Part shown: in pieces, positions 9,520-17,979 of the stretch
How positions within the stretch are numbered: the stretch's first letter is position 1
How the letters are laid out: every line of letters starts with the position of its first letter
From: Patescibacteria group bacterium
GTDB lineage: Bacteria > Patescibacteriota > Dojkabacteria > JAHIVN01
Assembly: GCA_043816305.1 (NCBI GenBank)
Contig: JBDRHZ010000043.1
Span: 42,322-106,321 of the forward strand
Length of the DNA: 64,000 bases
Reading direction: 5' to 3'
Made by a program: the position numbers and the translations under genes
Notes under the pieces: model-generated
The model's database searches: none
What the model was told of the DNA's origin: nothing
What the model saw: only the letters and a program-made list of their open reading frames with translations

Positions 9520-9672
9520 ATGAAGAAATCGCAAAACCCGAAAACACCCCTCTGCCCAAGATGTTTTAATGTAATTAAAGAGGTAGATGACAAATGCCCA
9601 AGGTGTGGATTTCCACTTTTGTCAGACAACCACATAGTATATGTTGAAGACTTAACACCTAAGAACCCCTAG
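9520..9672 (+). CDS. 50-aa zinc-ribbon mini-protein (below ORF-track cutoff)
   Basis: Hand translation: MKKSQNPKTPLCPRCFNVIKEVDDKCPRCGFPLLSDNHIVYVEDLTPKNP. It has two CPxC knuckles spaced 10 aa apart. Its 3' end overlaps the convergent 9659..11206 ORF by 14 nt. Confidence 0.4.
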   Translation: MKKSQNPKTPLCPRCFNVIKEVDDKCPRCGFPLLSDNHIVYVEDLTPKNP

Positions 9673-11206
9673 TTGCCAAATCAATTGCTTTTAGTGAGGC
9701 ATTTATACCCATCAAAAACAATCCTGCATCATAAGACTCTTCATGACAAGCCATCATCAAAATATGTCTCAACCTTGCCATACTTCGCCATACGTAGTGA
9801 ACATCACTTCTTCCTAATAGTAGAGGGAAAGATTGATGGGATATTTCAAATGCTTCATAAAAGGCCTGTTCTATATTTATAAGCAAAGGTAGAAAAAAGT
9901 CTTCGTCCATTCTACACTCTACCTGATTTCTATCTTCGCGTGGCCTTACATATAAATTCTTATGGGGAAACCTCCATCTAGGAGAACCCTCTTCTACTTT
10001 TATTGAACGTGTTATCAGATCTTTGTAATCTGCAAGCACTTCACGAAATAAGCTTACCGCTTGGGGATAGACCCTCAGGCTAGCAATTAGTATTTCCTGA
10101 GGCAAACCAAGCAGATAAAAAACCGCTCTATTTCTTGCGTCTTTTAATATTCCCATCCTTTCTACCTCTGCAACAAATTCGTGCAGTGGGAGCACCTTCC
10201 CAGCGATATCACGATCCCAACCAAGTTCTCCCTTCATTCCTTTTTGAAAAGTCTTCATCCTACTAGGTATATCTTCTTCCTTCAACATCTCCATAATACT
10301 ACTAACACCATACATCAAACCAGCTTCTGCTAACTTTTGGTATAAGGTTGCAAGAAGCCCAAGACCTGGTCCATTTAGATACATTTGTCTTCTATCCAGA
10401 TCGTTTGATCGCATCAACAAGGCTTGGATAAGTTCTGGATGAAGAATTATCCCTACTGTCCGACTAGATATAGCTGTGTTTTGCAGTAAACCCAGTGCAG
10501 CTTGGGGTAAGAAAATCTGACTGTGATCTCCTGCCTCATATCTAAATCTGAAGGTATTATAGAGATAACCTAAAACAGCCATGGGAACTCCGCCATCACA
10601 GGCAATCCTTATTTCATTTCCCACACCCCAATGCTTGCGGGTAAAAACAAAAAGTTTCGTATCGATCAACTCTCTAAGTAACTGTGCAGATAGAATTTTT
10701 TCTAGATAATCAATATTTCCTAGCAGGGCCTCGTTCTTATTAGTTCTGGGCATAAAGGTAAACCTAGCCCTGCTAGACCAAAATACAAAACTATCCTCGC
10801 CCTCAGGAACAGAGAAAACCCACTGAGCAGATGCTATAAGTGTTGATTTCCCTGATCCAGGCGTACCGCATATAACATCACGCATAAAAGTATCAAGTCC
10901 TTCTGCTTCCGGAACACATAATCTCAACAACGTCCTCCAAGCATCTTGCAATTGTATAGGCAAACCTCTTACACCGCCTCGTGAACAAACAGCTCTATCA
11001 TACAAGGTAGTTATAACCTTAATAGCGGTTGGCCCCAGATTATCTAGAAGGAGCTGCTCCTCTGCAAGGCTTTCAGCCGGCCTCCGAGGTTCGGTTGACA
11101 AAAATTCCCATAAATCCCCATCCTGTCCTTCAACAGAAATACGGCCGGCACCCCCAGGATGTGGAGGTTTTGCATACCTAGCTCCTCCCGCTCTCTCTGT
11201 ACTCAT
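9659..11206 (-). CDS. P-loop NTPase of unknown family with long helical C-terminal region (atypical-composition ORFan)
   Basis: Walker A GTPGSGKST (aa 114-122; nt 10844-10867 encode GTPGSGKS). A possible Walker B lies at IRIACDGG. The N-terminus is Gly/Pro/Arg-rich. My rough hand count is 18 Lys versus 42 Arg, against about 48 Lys and 25 Arg in DnaA. The start ATG overlaps the upstream stop (TAATG at 11204-11208). Confidence 0.7.
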   Translation of the reverse strand: MSTERAGGARYAKPPHPGGAGRISVEGQDGDLWEFLSTEPRRPAESLAEEQLLLDNLGPTAIKVITTLYDRAVCSRGGVRGLPIQLQDAWRTLLRLCVPEAEGLDTFMRDVICGTPGSGKSTLIASAQWVFSVPEGEDSFVFWSSRARFTFMPRTNKNEALLGNIDYLEKILSAQLLRELIDTKLFVFTRKHWGVGNEIRIACDGGVPMAVLGYLYNTFRFRYEAGDHSQIFLPQAALGLLQNTAISSRTVGIILHPELIQALLMRSNDLDRRQMYLNGPGLGLLATLYQKLAEAGLMYGVSSIMEMLKEEDIPSRMKTFQKGMKGELGWDRDIAGKVLPLHEFVAEVERMGILKDARNRAVFYLLGLPQEILIASLRVYPQAVSLFREVLADYKDLITRSIKVEEGSPRWRFPHKNLYVRPREDRNQVECRMDEDFFLPLLINIEQAFYEAFEISHQSFPLLLGRSDVHYVWRSMARLRHILMMACHEESYDAGLFLMGINASLKAIDLATRGS

Positions 11207-11826
11207 TATGCCTTCTGTAATATATAACCCTTTCCTTTCACATTCTTCAACCTGTAGTTAGAAGGCAGTTTCTTTTTCAACCGTTCTATCAGTTTATATG
11301 TTCCCCAAAGTGAAAATTCTCCACGTTGCACAAGATCTGAAATCTCATACAGAGATACCAGATCTTCCTCCCTCTCCTTGAAGTACTCAAAAACTTGGTT
11401 TAACAAAGGCGATGATTCGAGACATTTCCTTGATAGACTCCCAAGATACGCCTGTTCCAAAAGAGGACTAATAGTGTTTCCTTTCGAATCCAATAATCCT
11501 AACAATTGTAGTTTCGATTTTGGGAAATAGGCGAATAAATCAACAAGCTCTTCAAGTACCATTTCTACGGGAGGATATTCCAACACCTCTTTTTTATCCA
11601 AAGACTTGTATGTATCAACAAAGCTACAAAGCCTCTTGATCAGCCCGGGAATACCCCCACTAAGTCTATATATTTCTTCTTCAAACTCACTTGGAATGTT
11701 CCAGCCATTTGTGAGCCGTCTTTGGTCGATAGCATGCTTTGTCTTTCCGAAATCAAAAGGTTTCCTGATTTTTACACATGAGACCGGCCTGACTGATTTG
11801 GGAAAATATCTCTTCGGATGTATCAA
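11206..11826 (-). CDS. winged-helix (OmpR/PhoB-type C-terminal) DNA-binding protein, upstream partner of the NTPase
   Basis: The C-terminus (WGTYKLIERLKKKLPSNYRLKNVKGKGYILQ) matches the Trans_reg_C pattern (xxxIxRLRKKL...I.TVRGxGYxL). An LSGGIPGLIKRL motif resembles the GxP helix of STAND/AAA+ lids. TTG start at 11826, with no ATG in frame upstream. Confidence 0.55.
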   Translation of the reverse strand: MIHPKRYFPKSVRPVSCVKIRKPFDFGKTKHAIDQRRLTNGWNIPSEFEEEIYRLSGGIPGLIKRLCSFVDTYKSLDKKEVLEYPPVEMVLEELVDLFAYFPKSKLQLLGLLDSKGNTISPLLEQAYLGSLSRKCLESSPLLNQVFEYFKEREEDLVSLYEISDLVQRGEFSLWGTYKLIERLKKKLPSNYRLKNVKGKGYILQKA

Positions 11827-12016
11827 AAAATCATACTCCTTTGTGCCCCCACTGCTTCAGTTTGATAAACGAAGAGACTCTAACATGCCCCAAGAGTGCC
11901 AATACAGATATGAAAGCGAAATGCGGTTAATCTACAGTGAAGATTTCGATGAGTACAGATTAAGGAATTAGATATAGTATCTACCAGCAAATTTAGCTAA
12001 ATTGATCGAAGTTGCC

Positions 12017-12541
12017 ATGGAAGAAATTTTGACAGATGAACAAAGAAGAGAAGTTATTCAAACTAGATGTTTTTCACTAATAACCCAGCGTTTCGATTTA
12101 GAATGCAATTGTTTACTTGAAGGAGAATATGCAGCATTCATTGTTCGTTCAAATATAGCAGGCGGAACAGTCTTTGGTCCAGGTAACCAGGTTCGGCCCA
12201 TACATGTAGTATTTACAGACTACTTGCAACACTTTTGTAGCACTCAGGCGATATATCTAAATTTAGATGTTTTGAAGGGCACTATCCTTGAAGCTCTAGA
12301 GGGGATCGAAGCACATCGCATAGAAACCTTCGCTCTATCTTATCCTGACGTAAGAGGCATTCTTCATTACGAGGATTTGCAAAATATCCAGCCAGAAGGA
12401 ATAGATTACGTTCAAACAAACTTTGCTGCTTTAAGCAAACTGTATCAAGTACTTACAGCATCTATTTATGACTTAATAAGAGAGCTGGCAGAGAAACAAG
12501 AATTTAAACATCTTGCAGTTCTTGCCAATAAAGAAGTTTAA
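12017..12541 (+). CDS. hypothetical protein (atypical-composition ORFan), divergent from the wHTH-NTPase operon
   Basis: ORF track 12002..12541. I prefer ATG 12017 (MEEILTDEQRREV). No recognisable motif. Confidence 0.55.
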   Translation: MEEILTDEQRREVIQTRCFSLITQRFDLECNCLLEGEYAAFIVRSNIAGGTVFGPGNQVRPIHVVFTDYLQHFCSTQAIYLNLDVLKGTILEALEGIEAHRIETFALSYPDVRGILHYEDLQNIQPEGIDYVQTNFAALSKLYQVLTASIYDLIRELAEKQEFKHLAVLANKEV

Positions 12542-12582
12542 ATTGAGAGTTGAAAGCTAGATAGTCGGATAGTTTGATACCT

Positions 12583-13076
12583 TCAGTTTCTCTTAGAATT
12601 GTACTTGTTCTCCTCAACATAACTTACTAAAAGTTTGGCATATTTTTCCCTATCTTTAGGATTCGAAAGCTCTCTCTTTCCATATTGCACATAAAGACCA
12701 TCGCCAGAATATCTTGGAAACACATGCACGTGAAAATGCCATAGGTCCTGATCACCGGCCGGCTCATTATGCTGCCACAAAGATACTCCATCACAATTGT
12801 AAGTTTTTCGAATAGCTATACTTATGTACTTCACAAATTCGGCAATTCTAATATTCACTTTTCTGGGAAGGTCATAAATATTCTCGTAGTGATTTCGAGA
12901 ACTTACCAGAACATGGCCGGGATTATTCGGCCACCAATGGGAGGCTATATGGGAGAATATAAACTCATCTATGTAAATAATGTCTGTGCCTGTTTGGTAT
13001 ATGGAAATTCTCCTTCAACTCCAATGGCAACAGCGCAAAGCGGGCACTTGTAGTCCTTTGGTTCGTGATTGAACAT
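12583..13076 (-). pseudogene. HIT-family hydrolase interrupted by a single-nucleotide frameshift
   Basis: From ATG (rc 13074-13076) the frame reads MFNHEPKDYKCPLCAVAIGVEGEFPYTKQAQTLFT and stops at rc 12969-12971. The +2 frame continues DIIYIDEFIFSHIASHWWPNNPGHVLVSSRNHYENIYDLPRKVNIRIAEF...HFHVHVFPR, which contains the HIT motif HxHxHxx. The total of 494 nt is one short of an intact 165-codon gene. The break lies near 12981-12992. Confidence 0.6.
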
Positions 13077-13083
13077 GTTTTGT

Positions 13084-13659
13084 CTACTTGAAACTCAATC
13101 CGTCTGCACTTCTAAATTCTACTTTTACCCCATCAATTTCAACTTCAAGAATGCAGCAGTCATCTTTTTTATCCAGCTCTTTCCCCAAGAATTCCTTGCA
13201 GAATACCTCAAGAACTTTTCCATGCGTTACAGCAAGAATTCTTTCCGCATCAAAATCTTGAATCTTCTCTATCATAATCTTTAATCGTCTAATCAGATCG
13301 TCGACACTCTCACTTCCAGGCACCCATTCTCCATTTTCATACGCCTCGTGCAGCTCAGGATAATTCTTTTCGATATCTTCTTTTTTTTCTCCGCACATCA
13401 AGCCATAAGTATTTCGCTCCTTGAGATAAAGCCATTTCTCTGCTTTCAATCCTACGCCCTGACCAAGAATCTCGGCTGTCTCAAATGCCCGAAGAAGGGG
13501 GGAGGAAAGAATTTTATCTATATTGAATTTCTTGACTTTATCGACAGAATCTTCTGCCTGCTGTCTGCCTTTTTCAGAAAGCAGCAAGTCACCCCATCCT
13601 CCATACCTATTCTCAACATCATCCATTCCCTCACCATGGCGCATAAAGAATACTTTCAT
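13084..13659 (-). CDS. histidine phosphatase family protein (phosphoglycerate-mutase-like)
   Basis: VFFMRHGEG...GGWGD and a later AVTHG give the RHG...H catalytic pattern. Its stop lies 7 nt before the HIT start. Confidence 0.8.
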   Translation of the reverse strand: MKVFFMRHGEGMDDVENRYGGWGDLLLSEKGRQQAEDSVDKVKKFNIDKILSSPLLRAFETAEILGQGVGLKAEKWLYLKERNTYGLMCGEKKEDIEKNYPELHEAYENGEWVPGSESVDDLIRRLKIMIEKIQDFDAERILAVTHGKVLEVFCKEFLGKELDKKDDCCILEVEIDGVKVEFRSADGLSFK

Positions 13660-13798
13660 AATTTCAAATTAAAAGTTTAAGTTAATTAATTCTACATCAA
13701 GAGACGACTATCGATCAATACCGATCGTCAGGACATAATACTTGTTAATCCAGCTCGAAATTGTATATAATCTAAACATTGTCAATAATTACTGTACG

Positions 13799-14374
13799 AT
13801 GAACTTTGATCTGGTATTAAAACAATTGGGTTTTAAACTAAGAGAACGTCAGATTATTGCTTATCTGTACTCAAAGGGAAATTGTAAAGCAAGTAAAATA
13901 GCTCTTGAGCTATGCATTCCGAAAAGCACTATTCTTTTTGTTTTGTATAAACTTGAAAAGAAGGGGTTTGTCACAAAGATTAAAAAAGCAAAGTCTTATA
14001 TATTTACACCTGCTGATCCGACTGCCCTAATCAATCATTTCGACAACACGATTCAAGAAGCAGAAGCAAAGAAAGAAAAAATTCTGCCACTCATTCCAGA
14101 GATTAGGCGACTGAAAGATCATAAGGCTGACGCCAAAATTGCATATTACAGTACAGATTCATCTATAAAAGAACTGCGCCAGTCATTGCTGGAGCAGGTC
14201 GACAATAAAGACACAAAGATTCTTTATGATAAAGAATCTGTAAAAATTTACGCCAACGATCAGTACTTGTTTCTGCTCTCAGATGATCTAGCAGTCAGAT
14301 TTGAGAATAGAGGGACATTAGTTAAATTTATCAATGCCTTTAAATACGTAAATGCCTACGAAATCAAAAAGTGA
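13799..14374 (+). CDS. TrmB-like winged-helix transcriptional regulator
   Basis: LRERQIIAYLYSKGNCKASKIALELCIPKSTILFVLYKLEKKGFVTK. Start taken at ATG 13799. Confidence 0.6.
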   Translation: MNFDLVLKQLGFKLRERQIIAYLYSKGNCKASKIALELCIPKSTILFVLYKLEKKGFVTKIKKAKSYIFTPADPTALINHFDNTIQEAEAKKEKILPLIPEIRRLKDHKADAKIAYYSTDSSIKELRQSLLEQVDNKDTKILYDKESVKIYANDQYLFLLSDDLAVRFENRGTLVKFINAFKYVNAYEIKK

Positions 14375-15077
14375 GGCCACAAAGACTAAAGTCCTAAATA
14401 CGCGTATTTCATCGTCAGGCGAAACCCTCCGTAGCAGAATTGCGAAGGAGGGTAAAATCATATACTTCTTCCGGCACGGCGAAGAGATGAATGATGTCGC
14501 AGGGAAATTCGGCGGATGGTCTGATCCGGCACTTTCCCACAAGGGCATCAAATTAGCCAAGAAGACAGCACTATATCTGAAACCGAAAAACTTTAATATA
14601 ATTCTAACTTCCCCGCTGGAAAGAGCAAGCCAAAGTGCCGATATCATTGGAAAGATCATAGATGTTGATGTAAAGGAACTTGTCTACCTAAAAGAAAGAA
14701 ATACCTACGGCATTCTTGGTGGCATTTCGAAGAAAACAGCCAAAGAAGATTATCCTGAATTGCTGCGTTCTTATAATGCACAGGAATTCATACCCGGAGC
14801 AGAAAGATACGATGACTTCAAGAATAGAGTAGAGACACTTATTCGGAAATTGCTTGAAACTGAGTATCAAAGAATTCTATGTGTTACACATGGATATCTT
14901 ATCACTACACTTATAGAAGAATTTCTCGGTTTAAATAGAGAAAGTATCGAAGACGGCTGTTTACTTGGTTTGCGTTCTGTGGGTCGAAAGTTTGAAATAC
15001 TTGAAACAAAGAACATGACATACACCGAAGGGCAGAAAACGTATGATTCAGAAAGGTATCGGAAATTCAAATCCTAA
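14352..15077 (+). CDS. histidine phosphatase family protein (second copy)
   Basis: IIYFFRHGEEMNDVAGKFGGWSD and CVTHG. Paralog of 13084..13659. Confidence 0.75.
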   Translation: MPTKSKSEATKTKVLNTRISSSGETLRSRIAKEGKIIYFFRHGEEMNDVAGKFGGWSDPALSHKGIKLAKKTALYLKPKNFNIILTSPLERASQSADIIGKIIDVDVKELVYLKERNTYGILGGISKKTAKEDYPELLRSYNAQEFIPGAERYDDFKNRVETLIRKLLETEYQRILCVTHGYLITTLIEEFLGLNRESIEDGCLLGLRSVGRKFEILETKNMTYTEGQKTYDSERYRKFKS

Positions 15078-15788
15078 CTACTGCAGGGTGAAAACCCCTA
15101 TCATATGCACCTTCAACTTATTTAAAACTGGAAAACTCAAAAAGAACTCTATTGCCACACCGATATAAAAGAAAAACCTGTTAATGGCTATATAAGTCGG
15201 GTCGCCATTTAAAATCAGTCGATTAATTGTAAAATTGTTTAATTTGGCAAGTTTAAATAGCTTATCAGCCGAATTAGCACGGTAGACAGCAGGCATTGGA
15301 TCAGTCACTAAATTCTCGCTCATCTTTCCTACAACTTTTTTCCGGAGCCAATCAGGAATTATTCTGTTGAAGAATACTACATAGTTCCAGTTATTTGGTG
15401 CAAGGAAAACCAGCCTTCCGCCTTTTTTCAGGACTCTTGAGAACTCTGCAAAAGCTTTCGAAGGATCCTGGATATGCTCAAAGACCCATGAGGAAATGAT
15501 CATATCAACACTCTCGCTTTCTACTTGAGGAATATTCTCAAGACTTGCTACAATCTTTTCATCCAACACTTTATTCATCTTCAGAAATTCTTCACTCACG
15601 TCAACTCCAATAACTCTTTTTGCTCTTTTATACTCCTTTTCAAACATAGATGAAAAGCCGCAACCAGCTTCAAGAACAGTTGAATCCTGTTCAATATACG
15701 ATCGGACTAAATCCTTGTAGATGGAAACGGAATCTGTCCAGGAAGAGTTGATTTTTTTGTATTCTTGTCTGTATTGGTCTTGTAACAT
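15078..15788 (-). CDS. class I SAM-dependent methyltransferase
   Basis: Motif I VLEAGCGFS, acidic loop VIGVDVSEE, post-I LKKGGRLVFLAPN. Confidence 0.8.
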   Translation of the reverse strand: MLQDQYRQEYKKINSSWTDSVSIYKDLVRSYIEQDSTVLEAGCGFSSMFEKEYKRAKRVIGVDVSEEFLKMNKVLDEKIVASLENIPQVESESVDMIISSWVFEHIQDPSKAFAEFSRVLKKGGRLVFLAPNNWNYVVFFNRIIPDWLRKKVVGKMSENLVTDPMPAVYRANSADKLFKLAKLNNFTINRLILNGDPTYIAINRFFFYIGVAIEFFLSFPVLNKLKVHMIGVFTLQ

Positions 15789-15944
15789 TAGTCGTATGTT
15801 ATCAGCTATTTTAATCTATTATTCTTATGAACACCTGAGAGAATTCTATTATGAATCCTGATTCTAGTAAAGAGTCCCTAACAGATTGTCTAGGACTAGA
15901 TATGCTAGGTTTTACCATTTATACTAAAAGATTGATTTCAGTAA

Positions 15945-16209
15945 AGTAAGTTTATACGTACTAAATAATTTTCTTTTTCCAAAGAAACCCCGTATGTATA
16001 AAATTCGATCATAGATAAAAAAACGATTGATCCAGAGTACTTGGGGTCCGGGGTTTTCACGTTTCAGAAATATTGTTTTTGAAAGCCAGCGTTGCTAAAA
16101 ACTTGAAAACCCCGGTGGCTTTTTTCATCTATTTTTTGGCCACCCAAAAAATAGATGATTTTGATTCTTTTCTAAAAAGAATACATGGAGTAATACGTAT
16201 AAACTTACT
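15945..16209. other. 265-bp element bounded by perfect 16-bp inverted repeats with nested strong hairpins (candidate structured ncRNA or MITE-like element)
   Basis: AGTAAGTTTATACGTA (15945-15960) pairs with TACGTATAAACTTACT (16194-16209). Inside is a 12-bp stem CCGGGGTTTTCA/TGAAAACCCCGG (16048-16059/16104-16115) followed by a T6 run (16120-16125). There is also a 14-bp hairpin CATCTATTTTTTGG-CCAC-CCAAAAAATAGATG (16126-16157). Confidence 0.4.
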
Positions 16210-16273
16210 ATGAAGTAAAAAACCTCTTTAAACCGAAGATACAAATAACAAACTGCTGATTCCTAACTACTGC

Positions 16274-17401
16274 TCAATCCAATCTCATCGGCATCACAAT
16301 GTGTAAAAAGTCTTTGTCTTCAACGTCTTTGAATACTCCAGGAGCCGTGACTCCGTTTGTTTCAAAGTAGACATCTTCCCCTTCTATAGCATTTAACATG
16401 TCCAGCAAAAATTTGATATTGTATCCTGTCACAAGGTCTTCTCCCTTAACATCCAAGATTTCAATACTACTCTCATTTTCACCGACATCTGCTACCTGAG
16501 CAGATAGCCTTAATTTGCCTTTGGCAGCTAAAATCTCAAAAACGGCTTTATTTCCAACAGCTGAACGGGCAAATATACTTACAACTTTTAGTGATCTTCC
16601 TAGCATTTCCTTATCCACTCTGAAGCTGTGCTTCGTTTCCTTCGGAAGAATTTGTTGATATTCAGGAAATTCTCCCTCTATCAATCTTGTGGAAATCTCT
16701 ACATCCTGCACCTTGAAAATCATCTGGTTTTTGTCTTTGAGGAGATATCCCTCTAAGGTTTCATCGTCTTCTCCTAAGTCATGCGTAATTCTTGCTAGTT
16801 CACTCAAGGCTCTTGCAGGAATTATATGACTGAATTCAGAAGTACCTTTTCTATCAATATCCAGTACCTTCTTTGATAACCTAAATCCGTCAACTCCAAC
16901 TATAGTAAGCTTTTTTGAGGTAGCTTCGAAAAGAACGCCTGTTAAAACCGGACGGGAATCGTCATGCGCAGCAGCAAATATTACCTTATCGAGAGACTTA
17001 GCAAACTGAAGTGCCTTTACTTTAAAAGCAGGAGTTTCTTTTGCATGGGGCAGAGGAGGAAATTCTTCTGCATCAACAACATTGAATTCCGCACTGCTTT
17101 GTTTATTCTTGACAACTAACACTTTATCTCGAAATTCCAGATTTAGAGGTCCAGATGAAAGCGAATTTACAAATTCAGCCAGCGTCCTTGCATTTGCTGT
17201 TGTCTTTCCCTTTGCTTTTACATCGGCTCCAACAAGTGTGCTTATCCCGAGTTCAAGATCTGTTGTTGAAAGCTTCAATTGATTGTCAACTATCTCTATC
17301 AAGACATTTGAAAGAACTGGAATCGAAGGATTTGAACTTATCGTTTTTGAAACATAGTTGAGAGCTTTTGCAAAGCTTTCTTGAGTTAAGGTTGCTTTCA
17401 T
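16274..17401 (-). CDS. dnaN: DNA polymerase III beta sliding clamp
   Basis: 375 aa, located directly downstream of dnaA. Typical N-terminus MKATLTQESFAKALNYVSKTISSNPSIPVLSNVLIE and C-terminus LHIVMPMRL. Confidence 0.95.
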   Translation of the reverse strand: MKATLTQESFAKALNYVSKTISSNPSIPVLSNVLIEIVDNQLKLSTTDLELGISTLVGADVKAKGKTTANARTLAEFVNSLSSGPLNLEFRDKVLVVKNKQSSAEFNVVDAEEFPPLPHAKETPAFKVKALQFAKSLDKVIFAAAHDDSRPVLTGVLFEATSKKLTIVGVDGFRLSKKVLDIDRKGTSEFSHIIPARALSELARITHDLGEDDETLEGYLLKDKNQMIFKVQDVEISTRLIEGEFPEYQQILPKETKHSFRVDKEMLGRSLKVVSIFARSAVGNKAVFEILAAKGKLRLSAQVADVGENESSIEILDVKGEDLVTGYNIKFLLDMLNAIEGEDVYFETNGVTAPGVFKDVEDKDFLHIVMPMRLD

Positions 17402-17979
17402 ATTAATATGTATTATATTAAATAATTTAGAAGTAGTAATAGTATAGGCAGTGGATTTGTTTATAAGTTTAACTTGTATCTATTTCAAGGCGTTTTTCTG
17501 AACTTATCCGTGTGGATTGTTTTTCTCTACAGTTTTAAGTTATAAAAAGAGTATCTAATTTTTACTACTTGATGTCAAGCAATAATACGATGTGTTTAAG
17601 TAAGGGGTTTGTGTGGAAGAATATGTTGATGGTATTTGGATAACTTTTGACAAAAAGTGTTATGATTTTTGTGGTAATGACCCTTTATACTCAATTAATA
17701 TTATATTTGCTGGGATATTCTCTTCTAATATAAAATCCACACTCAAGGAGTTGTTCACAAAGCTCGCACAGTTATACACAAAGAATTGAATCTCAAAAAA
17801 GATTGATAAATCGGTATCTTTAGAAAGGTTATTCACATATTGACATGATGCTCATGGCGGATGGGGTTAGAAAGCAGGACATGGCGTTACAAGTCTTTCT
17901 GAGATATTACTTCGGTATCTATATGAAGGAGTGCTTGCAGGATTTAACTGAAGTAGATAATTCTAGGTTTAACTGAGGC
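17402..17979. promoter_or_regulatory. candidate oriC (dnaA-dnaN intergenic) with DnaA-box cluster and AT-rich unwinding region
   Basis: One-mismatch DnaA boxes: TTTGGATAA (17635-17643, rc orientation), TTATACACA (17772-17780), TTATTCACA (17829-17837). Weaker boxes at 17733-17741 and 17751-17759. Very AT-rich stretch at 17401-17450. Confidence 0.6.

Noticed and set aside
9659-11206. Assigning the P-loop ORFan to viral SF1 helicases, a phage large terminase, or a polynucleotide kinase on the basis of GTPGSGKST.
   Set aside because: Walker A alone is not diagnostic. I could not find helicase motif II (DExx) or later motifs, a terminase nuclease motif, or kinase lid motifs. It is left as an NTPase of unknown family.
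11972-11981. The shared 10-mer ATATAGTATC (also 47418-47427) and ATATAGT words upstream of several ORFans, taken as proof of a common regulon.
   Set aside because: AT-rich 7- to 10-mers are expected at appreciable frequency in these spacers (my rough estimate is about 0.4 chance hits for the 10-mer and about 20 for the 7-mer). It is kept only as a low-confidence hint inside another finding.
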